From Candidatus Poribacteria bacterium (GTDB lineage: Bacteria; Poribacteria; WGA-4E; WGA-3G), in assembly GCA_964291315.2 (NCBI GenBank), contig OZ219753.1:2400001-2464000 (forward strand): a stretch of 64,000 nt of DNA. The letters are read 5' to 3'. Position 1 is the stretch's first letter. Every line of letters begins with the position of its first letter. Made by a program: the position numbers and the translations under genes. Shown piece after piece: positions 1-9,390 of this stretch. The notes below the pieces were generated by a model. That model saw only the letters and a list, made by a program, of their open reading frames with translations. It did no database searches and had not been told where the DNA came from.

Positions 1-1
1 T

Positions 2-1423
2 TTACAAAAGACCAAGCAGACACTCACCACATATTGGCAAGATAAGCGCGTTGAAAAAGCCTCGCTAACCAAAGATATGGAGCAGGCGAACCTCCACGTC
101 ACACGACTTAAGCAACAGCTTGCAACCGTCGAGGTTGAAAACAGAGAGCTGAAACAAGCGGTAGCCGGCTCACGCGAAGAACAAACCAATCTTGAGACCG
201 ACATCGCGGCATTGACGCAAAATGTGAGCAGGTCCCAACGGTGGATTGAGCGTATGTCTGAACAGATTGAAAGCGAAGACCGAAAACGCTCCGAAGTCGC
301 TAATGCCTGTCAGGAAATGCAAGTCTTCTTAGCAGGACAACGTCAGCGGCTAGAGGGCTTGGCATCCGAACTTCGAACGCTTGGAGAAACCCAACAGCGC
401 ACAACAAAGGAAATCGCCGAACAGCAAAAGGTCATTGACTCGGATGAACAGACGCGAATCGACCTCGGTGAACAAGTAGCCGAAGCCCAACGTGAGTTCC
501 TCTGTTTAGAAGGCGATCGCGCCGAGGCTGAATCGCGTGTTGACGACCTAACCCAAGAACGTGAGAACCTGCTCCAAGAGATAACCAGCCTCCAGAAGGA
601 AATGCGCGCAACACGCAGACGGTTTGAGCAGCAGAACCGCGCACGGCATAAACTTGAAGTCACAATAACGCAGCTGGAGATGCGTATAAAATCGGTTTCG
701 ACTCGCATTCACGATAAATACCAGATTTCGATTGATGCACTGCCTCTGCTGACGAATGACCAACAGACAATAGACGAAATTGATCTCCTTGACAATATTG
801 AGAAGTTGAAGGCGAATCTAGCAGCAATGGGGGCTGTGAACCTCAAGGCAATTGAGGCTTACGAAGAACACAAGAAACGCCACGACTTTCTTATTGCACA
901 ACGTGAGGATGTCCAACAGTCGATTCAAGCCACCTATCAGGCCATTCAGAAAATTAACCAAACCTCAAGAGACGTATTTCTTAAAACATTTGATCAAGTA
1001 CAGGCAAACTTCCAAGAGGTCTTTACCCAACTCTTCGGCGGTGGCGAAACAGAATTGTTACTGACGGATCCATCCAATGTTCTTGATTCAGGTATTGACA
1101 TTATCGCCCGTCCCCCGGGGAAACGTCCACAGAACATCACGCAACTTTCCGGTGGAGAACGATCGCTTGTAGCAATTGGGTTGCTGTTTGCTGTCTTCAA
1201 AATCAAGCCAAGCCCTTTCTGTGTGCTTGACGAAGTGGATGCCGCACTTGATGAAGCGAACGTGCTTCGCTTTGCCAATCTCATCGGAACCTATACCGAG
1301 AATACCCAATTTGTGATTATCACCCATAACCGGCGCACGATGGAGATCGCTGACGTAATGTACGGCGTAACGATGGAGCAGGCCGGCATCTCAAAAATTG
1401 TTTCCGCTAAGTTCGTTGAGTAA
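2..1423 (+). CDS. smc: Chromosome segregation protein SMC, C-terminal part (5' end lies outside the window)
   Basis: The frame is open from base 2. A long coiled coil is followed by LGAVNLKAIE-like text, the ABC signature LSGGE and the Walker B/D-loop PFCVLDEVDAALD, ending QFVIITH..GVTM..SKIVS. Confidence 0.97.
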   Translation, partial: LQKTKQTLTTYWQDKRVEKASLTKDMEQANLHVTRLKQQLATVEVENRELKQAVAGSREEQTNLETDIAALTQNVSRSQRWIERMSEQIESEDRKRSEVANACQEMQVFLAGQRQRLEGLASELRTLGETQQRTTKEIAEQQKVIDSDEQTRIDLGEQVAEAQREFLCLEGDRAEAESRVDDLTQERENLLQEITSLQKEMRATRRRFEQQNRARHKLEVTITQLEMRIKSVSTRIHDKYQISIDALPLLTNDQQTIDEIDLLDNIEKLKANLAAMGAVNLKAIEAYEEHKKRHDFLIAQREDVQQSIQATYQAIQKINQTSRDVFLKTFDQVQANFQEVFTQLFGGGETELLLTDPSNVLDSGIDIIARPPGKRPQNITQLSGGERSLVAIGLLFAVFKIKPSPFCVLDEVDAALDEANVLRFANLIGTYTENTQFVIITHNRRTMEIADVMYGVTMEQAGISKIVSAKFVE

Positions 1424-1510
1424 GCATCAAGCACATAGCATCTATATTATCGCTGAATATCAAGTCATAAACACCATCCGACCCGGAAATAGGAGTCTCC
1501 AGCCCGAAAA

Positions 1511-2482
1511 ATGATGAACAAGCTGAATCGGAATCAACTTAGAGTTCTGCCGCTCTCTAAACGCCGACACAAAATGACGGTGGCGGATATCTATGCACTA
1601 GACGCAGAGACCTCACCTTACGATAATCCGCAGCTCTGCATCGTTGCGGATAGAATCGCTAAAGCACATCGCCAACGGAAACAAGTCATTTGGATGATGG
1701 GCGCGCACGTCATGCGTCGCGGCAACTCCCGATACATCATCGACTTAATGGAGCGGGGCGTTCTTACGCATCTCGCTACTAACGGCGCATGTGCTATCCA
1801 CGATTTTGAGCTTGCACATATCGGTGCAACCCTTGAAGATGTAGAGGATTACATCTCGGACGGTAAGTTCGGCAATTGGGAAGAAACAGGACGCTATTTG
1901 AACGAGGCGATTGTCCGAGGCCATCACGATAAAATTGGATTTGGAGAAGCGATCGGCAGGTTCATACAAGAAGCTGAGAAGGGCACCCCTTTCCCGCATC
2001 GCGATGTGAGTATCTTTGCAGCCGCTTACCGCCTCGGCATACCGTTCACTGTCCACAAAGGCATCGGTTTCGACATCATAGACCAACACCCGGCAGCCGA
2101 TTACGCCGCAATGGGATGGACAACAGGTGAGGATTTCCTCCGTTTTGCCCAAAGCGTGTCGCAATTGGAAAACGGGGTTTTTCTCAATTTAGGTTCTGCC
2201 GTAATGGGGCCTGAAGTCTACCTCAAAAGCCTCTCCATGGCCCGAAACATCGCAGCGCAACACGGTGAAGAGATCCGACATTTCACAACCGCAAACTTCG
2301 ATCTCATCGACTTCCCCGATTTCCAAGATGAAGGATCGCCTGCCGAGGCGCACTACTACCATCGCCCAAAAAAAACGATCCTCATCCGCACCGTGAAAGA
2401 CGGCGGGGAAGGTTATCATATCCCCGGCGATTTCTCAGTAACCATCCCGCAGTTATACCATTTGTTGGTAAAATCTCTATAA
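1511..2482 (+). CDS. Conserved hypothetical protein, probable deoxyhypusine-synthase-like NAD/FAD-binding fold
   Basis: 323 aa ORF with AGGAG upstream. Motifs MMGAHV, ATNGACAIHDFE, GSAVMGPEVYLK. Confidence 0.6.
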   Translation: MMNKLNRNQLRVLPLSKRRHKMTVADIYALDAETSPYDNPQLCIVADRIAKAHRQRKQVIWMMGAHVMRRGNSRYIIDLMERGVLTHLATNGACAIHDFELAHIGATLEDVEDYISDGKFGNWEETGRYLNEAIVRGHHDKIGFGEAIGRFIQEAEKGTPFPHRDVSIFAAAYRLGIPFTVHKGIGFDIIDQHPAADYAAMGWTTGEDFLRFAQSVSQLENGVFLNLGSAVMGPEVYLKSLSMARNIAAQHGEEIRHFTTANFDLIDFPDFQDEGSPAEAHYYHRPKKTILIRTVKDGGEGYHIPGDFSVTIPQLYHLLVKSL

Positions 2483-2599
2483 AGGCCTGTATCACGGCTA
2501 GTATAAAGCATCTAGATGCCGCGTGTCCTAATACGCTGATATAAAAATCTAAGGAGACGATGGTCAAAAGGGAATACCCGATCTTGGGTGAGAAAATAT

Positions 2600-2629
2600 T
2601 TGACATATCTTAACGACTTAAGGTATGAT
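2600..2629 (+). promoter_or_regulatory. Sigma70-type promoter with palindrome CTTAA-N4-TTAAG in the spacer
   Basis: TTGACA-18 nt-TATGAT; the spacer contains CTTAACGACTTAAG. Confidence 0.7.
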
Positions 2630-2708
2630 TAACGCAAAATCTTTTTTCAACTTCACGTTATATTACTTTTACAGAAACCGTTCACCGATAGCATCCGGTA
2701 CATTGCGA

Positions 2709-2840
2709 ATGAAAAGACACGCGAACATCCCATCGATCCAAATAGGTGCTCCTGAAACATCCACTTCCATGTGCCTAAGTGTGCGTAAAGATGAGTCTCT
2801 TTGCGTGCCTATACCAGATTACCCCCCCCGCTTTATGTAA
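2709..2840 (+). other. Putative leader ORF (43 aa, MKRHAN...PDYPPRFM) crossing the C8 tract
   Basis: ATG at 2709; codons GAT TAC CCC CCC CGC TTT ATG TAA. No clear SD sequence. Confidence 0.4.
2822..2829 (+). repeat. Poly-C tract (C8), leader locus 1
   Basis: gatta CCCCCCCC gctt. Confidence 0.95.
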
Positions 2841-2900
2841 GTTAAGTTCTTTATACAATCAGGTAGGCTCGGAAACGTTACTCCGGCTTACCGCCTTCGC

Positions 2901-2950
2901 GCCCGTGCCCACTCCGTTTTGGACGGAGCCCCTCAGCACGGGCTTTTTTT
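2901..2950 (+). terminator. Intrinsic terminator/attenuator 100 nt upstream of the DUF1156 methyltransferase
   Basis: Stem GCCCGTGC/GCACGGGC enclosing an inner stem CTCCGT/ACGGAG, followed by T7. Confidence 0.75.
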
Positions 2951-3049
2951 GTTGCAGTAGCATTTCACTACTGCAGGCTCCCCCGTTACACCCAACGCAG
3001 ACAATCCGTCAATTAAAGGCTGCCACCGCACAATCCATGGCAGGTTCAT

Positions 3050-5839
3050 ATGCCGTACCGCAAAAAACTGATTGAAACGAATATACCGCTCCGAGACATC
3101 AATATGGAGTCAGCGAAAAATACTTCCTCTAGCCCCGGTCATCCGGCAACGTTACATCGCTACTGGGCGCGCCGACCGCTTGCCGCATGCCGCGCCGTTG
3201 TCTTCGCCAGCTTTGTCGACGACCCCGCCGAATGCGAAGACGAGTTCCGAACTGAATACGAACAGAGCGCCGAACGCAACCGGCTCTACGGCATCATAAA
3301 GCGACTTATCGTCTGGCAGAACAGCAACGACGCAAACCTGCTGGCAGAGGCACGCTATGAGATCGCCCTCTCCGTCGCCCGCAATAACGGAGAAGACCTT
3401 GCCGAGTTTCGCGAGCGACACAATGCCGATCCAGACGCTGTTTTGCGGTATCTGCGCGAGCACGCCCCCGCTGTCTACGATCCCTTCTGTGGCGGCGGCT
3501 CGGTTCCGCTCGAGGCACAGCGCTTGGGACTGCGGGCCCGGGGCTCCGACCTGAACCCACTCCCCGTGCTCCTGAACAAGGCGATGATTGAGCTGCCACC
3601 GAAGTTCCACAATCAGCAACCGGTCAACCCGGAGGCGGACCCGATGCACATGTTCACAGACCGTGGCAAAAGCAAGGCTCGCGCGCCTTGGAGAGGCACT
3701 GCGGGCTTAGCAGCGGACATCCGCTACTATGGTGCGTGGATGCGTGAGCAGGCATACAAACGGATTGGGCATCTCTATCCGAAGGCAGAGTTGCCGGACG
3801 GTACTTCAGCCACTGTGGTTGCGTGGCTCTGGGCACGCACGGTGCTGTGTATTAACCCAGCGTGCGGTCTACAGATACCGTTGATAAAGACATTCCAGTT
3901 GTCGAAAAAGAGGGGACATGAGCGCTACATTAAGCCGGTGGTTGACAGAGAGACGAACACCATATCGTGGCAGGTGCAGACCAATCCTGACGGGTTGCCG
4001 GCGCCCACGGTGATGCGAACGGGGGCGTATTGTTGCGGTTGCGGCACCGCTGCGAAGCTGCCTTACGTCCGGGAGCAGGCAAAAACAGGCAGAATGGGAG
4101 AGACGATGACAACGATAGTCGCTGAGGGAGACAGCAAAAAAATATTCTTGGCACCCGCTGAAACACACGTCCAAATTGCCCAGTCTGCTGAGCCCGAACG
4201 AAGACCGCGTCTAGCAATGCCGAATAGCCCGACTTTGGTCAGTGGGCGTGGATACGGCATCACACATTGGCATCAACTTTTCACAAAACGGCAGTTGACT
4301 GCACTCAACACCTTCTCTGACCTATTAGTCGAAGTGCATGCCCGGCTCACTGAGGATGGCGCGCCCCCAGCGTATGCCGATGCTGTTTCCACCTATCTCT
4401 CCCTCGCCATCGGCAGAACTGCGGAGAGTCATTGCAGTTTTGCATGGTGGTACAATGGAGCGGAGCAGATCTCAAAAGTTTTTTCACGGCATGCGATTCC
4501 GATGAATTGGAGCTTTGCTGAAGCCAATCCGTTCTCTACATCAGCACAGAATTGGATAGGGCAAGTAGAGTGGGTTGCAAAGGGAGTAGAAAACCTGCCC
4601 GCATCTGTAAACCTTGGCCAGGCACATCAGGCGAATGTGTGCACCACGCCGCACGCCCAAGATGCACCTGTTATTATCACCGATCCGCCCTACTACGATA
4701 ACATCGACTACGCCACCCTCTCTGATTTCTTTTACGTCTGGCTCAGACCCCTCCTGCGCAACACCTACCCAGATCTGTTCGCTGGCATGACAACACCAAA
4801 GACGGAAGAGATCGTCGCCAGCTCACGATTCGAAGACCCTAAACAGCATTTTGAAGATTTGCTGAGCAAGTCGTTTCGGCAGATGCGCCGCTACTGTTCG
4901 GATAAATACCCAACGTCTATCTTCTATGCCTATAAACAGCAGGAAAAAGGACGGGGCGGGAAAACCTCTACCGGATGGGAGACGATGCTCGAGGCAACTA
5001 TCAACACCGGCTTTCAGATCGTCGCCACCTGGCCACTGCGAACGGAAAAAACCAGCGGTTTTAAGACAGAGATTAACGCCTTGGCATCTTCTATGCTGCT
5101 GGTGTGCAGACCGCGCCCCGAAGACGCACCCCGCAGCGACAGAAACACCTTCATACGCGCACTCGAAAACGAGATGCCCGCTGCTCTCGACCGACTCACC
5201 CGCATCGCAAACATCAGACCCGTCGACCTCGCACAAGCCGCCATCGGCCCAGGCATGGAGATCTATTCCCGCTATCGCAGCGTCACGCGCATCAGCGGCG
5301 AAGTCGTCTCCATACGAGAGGCACTCCAACATATCAACAACGCAATCACCGCTTATCGCGAAAAGATAATCGGGGAACTCGACGCAGAGACGCAGTTCTG
5401 CCTCACTTGGCTGCAGCAACACGGATACCTGCCGGGCAGCTTCGGGGATGCCGATGGACTTTCAAAAGCAAGAGGCGTTTATGTGCCAGCGATGCACGAC
5501 AGACTGCTCATTGTAGACCGTGGCAAAGTCCGTTTATTGAAACCGGAAGAATACGCGGATCGCGAGGAGCATCCAGAGATGTCAGCGTGGGAGGGGTGTC
5601 TGCGGATGATCTGGCATCTCTCGTTCACAGAGTTCAGCGGTGGCATTCAGGGGTGTGCAAGGGTTGCACGCTTGATGCGTGACTATCACAGTGCGAGACG
5701 TTTGGCTCTGGTGTTGTACAGCTACTATGAGGCGCTGGGGCACACGGAGGATGCTGCACGCTATAACTACCTTGTGACACAGTGGACGTATATCTGGCAG
5801 ACGATGGGCTCCGCAGAGCAGATAGAGGCGGACGTTTAA
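3050..5839 (+). CDS. DUF1156-domain adenine-specific DNA methyltransferase
   Basis: N-terminal HPATLHRYWARRPLAACRA; motif I YDPFCGGGSVPLEA; Zn-ribbon cysteines; motif IV TDPPYYDNIDY; TGWETML, TWPLRTE, PVDLAQAAIGPGM. Confidence 0.92.
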   Translation: MPYRKKLIETNIPLRDINMESAKNTSSSPGHPATLHRYWARRPLAACRAVVFASFVDDPAECEDEFRTEYEQSAERNRLYGIIKRLIVWQNSNDANLLAEARYEIALSVARNNGEDLAEFRERHNADPDAVLRYLREHAPAVYDPFCGGGSVPLEAQRLGLRARGSDLNPLPVLLNKAMIELPPKFHNQQPVNPEADPMHMFTDRGKSKARAPWRGTAGLAADIRYYGAWMREQAYKRIGHLYPKAELPDGTSATVVAWLWARTVLCINPACGLQIPLIKTFQLSKKRGHERYIKPVVDRETNTISWQVQTNPDGLPAPTVMRTGAYCCGCGTAAKLPYVREQAKTGRMGETMTTIVAEGDSKKIFLAPAETHVQIAQSAEPERRPRLAMPNSPTLVSGRGYGITHWHQLFTKRQLTALNTFSDLLVEVHARLTEDGAPPAYADAVSTYLSLAIGRTAESHCSFAWWYNGAEQISKVFSRHAIPMNWSFAEANPFSTSAQNWIGQVEWVAKGVENLPASVNLGQAHQANVCTTPHAQDAPVIITDPPYYDNIDYATLSDFFYVWLRPLLRNTYPDLFAGMTTPKTEEIVASSRFEDPKQHFEDLLSKSFRQMRRYCSDKYPTSIFYAYKQQEKGRGGKTSTGWETMLEATINTGFQIVATWPLRTEKTSGFKTEINALASSMLLVCRPRPEDAPRSDRNTFIRALENEMPAALDRLTRIANIRPVDLAQAAIGPGMEIYSRYRSVTRISGEVVSIREALQHINNAITAYREKIIGELDAETQFCLTWLQQHGYLPGSFGDADGLSKARGVYVPAMHDRLLIVDRGKVRLLKPEEYADREEHPEMSAWEGCLRMIWHLSFTEFSGGIQGCARVARLMRDYHSARRLALVLYSYYEALGHTEDAARYNYLVTQWTYIWQTMGSAEQIEADV

Positions 5840-5899
5840 TGCAGGTTCGTAGCATCACCTATTCGGGTGTGCACACACGCCAAGGGGGCTCCATAAGCT

Positions 5900-6154
5900 C
5901 TAGAAACACTGCAGTTCAGTAGACACAGACGTGCCAGAGATAAAAGTGCCTGGAAGTGTGATACTTGTTGTTATAGAAAACGCCGAGGATCGCCAGCACC
6001 GCGATCGGATCTACGGGGCTTTCTCTAACATGTGAGAAAAAAGTCGTCTATTTTGCAGAAGAGTGATACAATACACATGAGAGAATGCCTTCGCGGAAAG
6101 GTATAATAACCTTATTTTTTATACCAAGGTGGCTCTCTTTAGACAAAGGAAACA
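5900..6154 (+). repeat. Dispersed non-coding repeat, copy A (carries an extended -10 promoter TGATACAAT)
   Basis: Aligns by eye with the reverse complement of 8891-9167. Shared blocks include TAGACACAGACGTGCC, GCTTTCTCTAA, GTCTATTTTGCAGAA, AGTGATACAATACA, TCTCTTTAGA. Confidence 0.85.
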
Positions 6155-6210
6155 CTTTATTCAACCTTGCGGTAGACAGACTCAAAAACGAAATCACATA
6201 GGAGAAGCTC

Positions 6211-6927
6211 ATGAAACTTGAGAGCATCACACCGAGCACACAGTTTAGTTCCTGCTCTGAATTGAACGACATATTCAGAGCAGCAGGGTATAGACGGTAC
6301 GACCGAACCATAACAGAACTCTACGGGTACACAGAACGCTCAGTAGTTAAAACAGAATATGAGAGTCGTGCATGGAAACAGACAAGAGGAGAAGTACCGT
6401 ACCATCTACTCACACCCAGGTATTGGAAAGTGCAAGAACAGGTTCGCATCATGATAGAAGAATGCTTTGACAGATTCTGCATATTAGAACTAGACGAAGA
6501 ACCATTCGGAGTCGCCTTAAAAGTCGGCGTAAGGAGCAATCCGTTGACAGAAATAGCCCTCTACGAAGAGATCATCCAACTCATAAACCCAATCACCTTA
6601 GACTTCCCTGAAGTAGATACATTAGACTACAATCCACAAACACAGAAATACGAAAGCAGGTTAGAAACGCCCATCCGCTTAAGAGGTCTCCGCTTCATCA
6701 GTCCTGATGAGAGCTTAGAGGCTTTTACAGATGAACCGTGGTATGAAAACGGCGATGGCACACACTGGCAGAACGGGTATGAGATGTTAAACGAAGTTGT
6801 CTATTATGATATCTTTGAAAAATACATCCCAAAGGCATTTTACGACCTCAGATACATCTACGAAGAGGCATCAGAAGAGGTCAAAGAAATCCTATTTAAC
6901 GGCCAAAACATTGAGTGGGAAATATAA
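6211..6927 (+). CDS. Hypothetical protein (acidic, A-rich coding)
   Basis: 238 aa ORF with AGGAG SD; no recognisable motif. Confidence 0.75.
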   Translation: MKLESITPSTQFSSCSELNDIFRAAGYRRYDRTITELYGYTERSVVKTEYESRAWKQTRGEVPYHLLTPRYWKVQEQVRIMIEECFDRFCILELDEEPFGVALKVGVRSNPLTEIALYEEIIQLINPITLDFPEVDTLDYNPQTQKYESRLETPIRLRGLRFISPDESLEAFTDEPWYENGDGTHWQNGYEMLNEVVYYDIFEKYIPKAFYDLRYIYEEASEEVKEILFNGQNIEWEI

Positions 6928-6958
6928 TCTAAAGGCGCTAAAGTGTCTACCCGAACAA

Positions 6959-7903
6959 TTAGATCGTCCGCTCAAGTAATGTTACGTCGGGCCCACCGCG
7001 GTAGAGAACAACACTATACTGCAGTTTCAAGATTTCATCGGAAGCAAGACGGAACGGCTCGTAGTAAACAAACGAAGGATGGATCAAGCAGTAGTTCTCG
7101 CGATTACGCACCCACCACGTTGTCGGGTAGCGAGGGTTATCAGGATGGTCAACGATTGCAACACCGTAGGTTTCGTCGTCTCTTGGATGCTGTGAAGTGA
7201 AGCTGCACCAACGACTCCGTTTACCGAAGATATCCATCGGTTCAGTGCGTCCATCGGCATTTAAAAGCTTGCCCGGTGTGATGATATTATCAAATCGGAT
7301 TGCCAATCCGCTGTAGAATCTACCTTCTGCCCCCGGCTCCCCGCGCCGTAAATCTAGGACAACTTCACGTTCATGCGGCTGAAGTGTTAAAGAGACAGCG
7401 ATTTGCATTGCATCATTTGTGGGCGGATGAACAGTTATCTCGCGCTGTTCTGTCAAATGCGTTGTGCCTTGCCAATCTGTCCAAGTGTTTGCTGTCGTTA
7501 AACCGGCACTGTCAGCATCTGCATTTTGCACAACGATCCGCTGATGGACGATCTTGCCGAAACCTGCTGGATCATCCCCGGGGCCCGGTTGTTCCCAGAA
7601 ATTGACCCCGTTAACCTTTTTCCACGCAACCCATAAGCCTTGGTGATGCACATGATCGCCGGGTTCGTTCATTGTGAGCGGTGGTGCACCGGGTAGATTC
7701 AACGGGTGGCAGAACGGACGGTTACCGTTTTCAGGGAAATGGTAACCCAAGACCTGTTGCTTGTTCCAAGCGATGCTTAAACTATTTTGTGTATGTGAAA
7801 GTGAGAACATATTTTTATCCGTAACATTAAGAATGCCACATCTGAATTGCAGCTTTGAGTTTCCAATTATCAGGTGCCCAATTCCGTCGAACATTTTCGG
7901 CAT
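6959..7903 (-). CDS. DUF6807 / 'PmoA-family' beta-sandwich protein (not true methane monooxygenase)
   Basis: RPFCHPL, DHVHHQGLW, VNFWE, DHPDNPRYPTTW. The start codon is uncertain. Confidence 0.75.
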   Translation of the reverse strand: MPKMFDGIGHLIIGNSKLQFRCGILNVTDKNMFSLSHTQNSLSIAWNKQQVLGYHFPENGNRPFCHPLNLPGAPPLTMNEPGDHVHHQGLWVAWKKVNGVNFWEQPGPGDDPAGFGKIVHQRIVVQNADADSAGLTTANTWTDWQGTTHLTEQREITVHPPTNDAMQIAVSLTLQPHEREVVLDLRRGEPGAEGRFYSGLAIRFDNIITPGKLLNADGRTEPMDIFGKRSRWCSFTSQHPRDDETYGVAIVDHPDNPRYPTTWWVRNRENYCLIHPSFVYYEPFRLASDEILKLQYSVVLYRGGPDVTLLERTI

Positions 7904-7968
7904 AGCACAACTACCGAGCGGTATCTATAAAATTATAACGCCTGTATGCCCGAGTGCCGAAGCCAGCT

Positions 7969-8793
7969 CTAATTGAGATATCGGTTCACAACCTCGCGTT
8001 CCAATGATAAACCCTCCCACTCGTCATCGCCAGGTCCATCATAGATAAGCGTATGCGGTCCGGCAAAACCCGCTTCTTGGGTGAGCTCAAGACATCGCAC
8101 GTAATCTTCCTTGTCCATTTGGCGCGGTGCTGCGAAATGTGCTTTGGTATGACACGACTCTGCCCATGATGCAATCGCAGCAAGGTCTTCATATTTCGTG
8201 GCACCTCGCCAATTGCCGAAGTCTAGACAGAGTCCTACTTTACCGTCTAATCCAGCTAAAATGGTATTGACATTTTCAGGCGTGGAAAAGATGGAAAACC
8301 AGTTTTCGCTCATCACACGAATACCCGCGGTGTCCGCACGTTCTGTGAATTGGGCGAGAACATCACGACTCTGCGCAAGCGACTCTTCAGACGGTTCAGC
8401 TTTCCCACCGATAACCCGTGCACACCTCGCGCCGAGTTGGCCGGCAATATCAATCCATTTCTCAATCCACGCAATATCGCGTGCCGCCTCAGACGGATGC
8501 GTAATATCGCCATCGTCAATAAGCAGAGAAAAAAGTTCTACCTCTGCGTCCGCAAGCGCTCCGCGGAATTCGCAGAGATAAGACCCCTCAACAGAAGGCA
8601 GATGGAAATGACAAACTTCCAAGGTACGAATGCCGAATTCTGCTACCCGCGCCGGTAATTCCAAAAGTGAGATAGGACCGTTATTGTGGGTTTCGATCGG
8701 AATCTGCATGTCATGCTTGGGACCGGTGAATCCGGGTTTCCCGAGTTGCCGATGCAAACTCCACGTTGAGACTGAGAGACGAGGTGTCGACAT
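7969..8793 (-). CDS. Sugar phosphate isomerase/epimerase (xylose-isomerase-like TIM barrel)
   Basis: STWSLH, SENW, CLDFGNW, CHTK metal-site pattern. Confidence 0.85.
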   Translation of the reverse strand: MSTPRLSVSTWSLHRQLGKPGFTGPKHDMQIPIETHNNGPISLLELPARVAEFGIRTLEVCHFHLPSVEGSYLCEFRGALADAEVELFSLLIDDGDITHPSEAARDIAWIEKWIDIAGQLGARCARVIGGKAEPSEESLAQSRDVLAQFTERADTAGIRVMSENWFSIFSTPENVNTILAGLDGKVGLCLDFGNWRGATKYEDLAAIASWAESCHTKAHFAAPRQMDKEDYVRCLELTQEAGFAGPHTLIYDGPGDDEWEGLSLEREVVNRYLN

Positions 8794-8890
8794 AATCCAA
8801 ATCCTCCAAAATTGCAGATATAAACGTTAAGGGTGCGGATAGATCTCGGAGACTCACGCTATTATAATGTGAGCTTGATAAGTAGCTCCA

Positions 8891-9167
8891 TGTTTTCTTT
8901 ATCTAAAGAGAATCCGTTTGGTATAATAATACTCTTGTACTTTCTGAAAAGGAATTTTCTCATATGTATTGTATCACTTTTCTGCAAAATAGACACCTTT
9001 TTTCTTGCTTATTAGAGAAAGCTCCGCCGGCAGAGCCGCGCGGCCGCGGAGACTACATCCGCGCGAGGGGTTGACGTGCCTTATCGCCTTTCATTACAAC
9101 GGATACTGTACCTTCAAGCCGCTTTGTCTCCGGCACGTCTGTGTCTATTGGACTGCAGCATTTCTAG
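8891..9167 (-). repeat. Dispersed non-coding repeat, copy B (inverted relative to copy A)
   Basis: The reverse complement matches 5900-6154, with an extra ~27 nt GC-rich insert (CCGCGGCCGCGCGG). Confidence 0.85.
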
Positions 9168-9320
9168 GTTAATATCTACCCGGCGGGCTAGCGTATCAGC
9201 TCTCAGAGCATAAACCCTCGCTGAACGACTTTGAGCTTCAGCAGGGACACGCGGGACCTAGCAGCCTTAAAACCTAGACGTTTTATCAAACGCACGTTAT
9301 TTCAAATTTGATATATTGGC

Positions 9321-9349
9321 TTGACTGTTCCGCGTTTTTCTGATACACT
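9321..9349 (+). promoter_or_regulatory. Sigma70-type promoter
   Basis: TTGACT-17 nt-TACACT with a TG extension. Confidence 0.6.
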
Positions 9350-9390
9350 ATCAATCCGTAAATTATCCGTGTGACACAGAAGGAGTGAAT

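Noticed and set aside
2490-2535. Weak similarity to the reverse complement of 9240-9280 (CTAG..CCGCGTGTCC)
   Set aside because: Only about 10 nt match exactly, too short to assign to the repeat family without an alignment statistic.
4823-5682. Several overlapping 150-200 aa ORFs inside the DUF1156 gene
   Set aside because: By-products of local C-rich codon bias with low-complexity translations.
6959-7903. Methane monooxygenase subunit
   Set aside because: Soluble DUF6807-type protein with no TM helices and no pmoBC; the family name is misleading.
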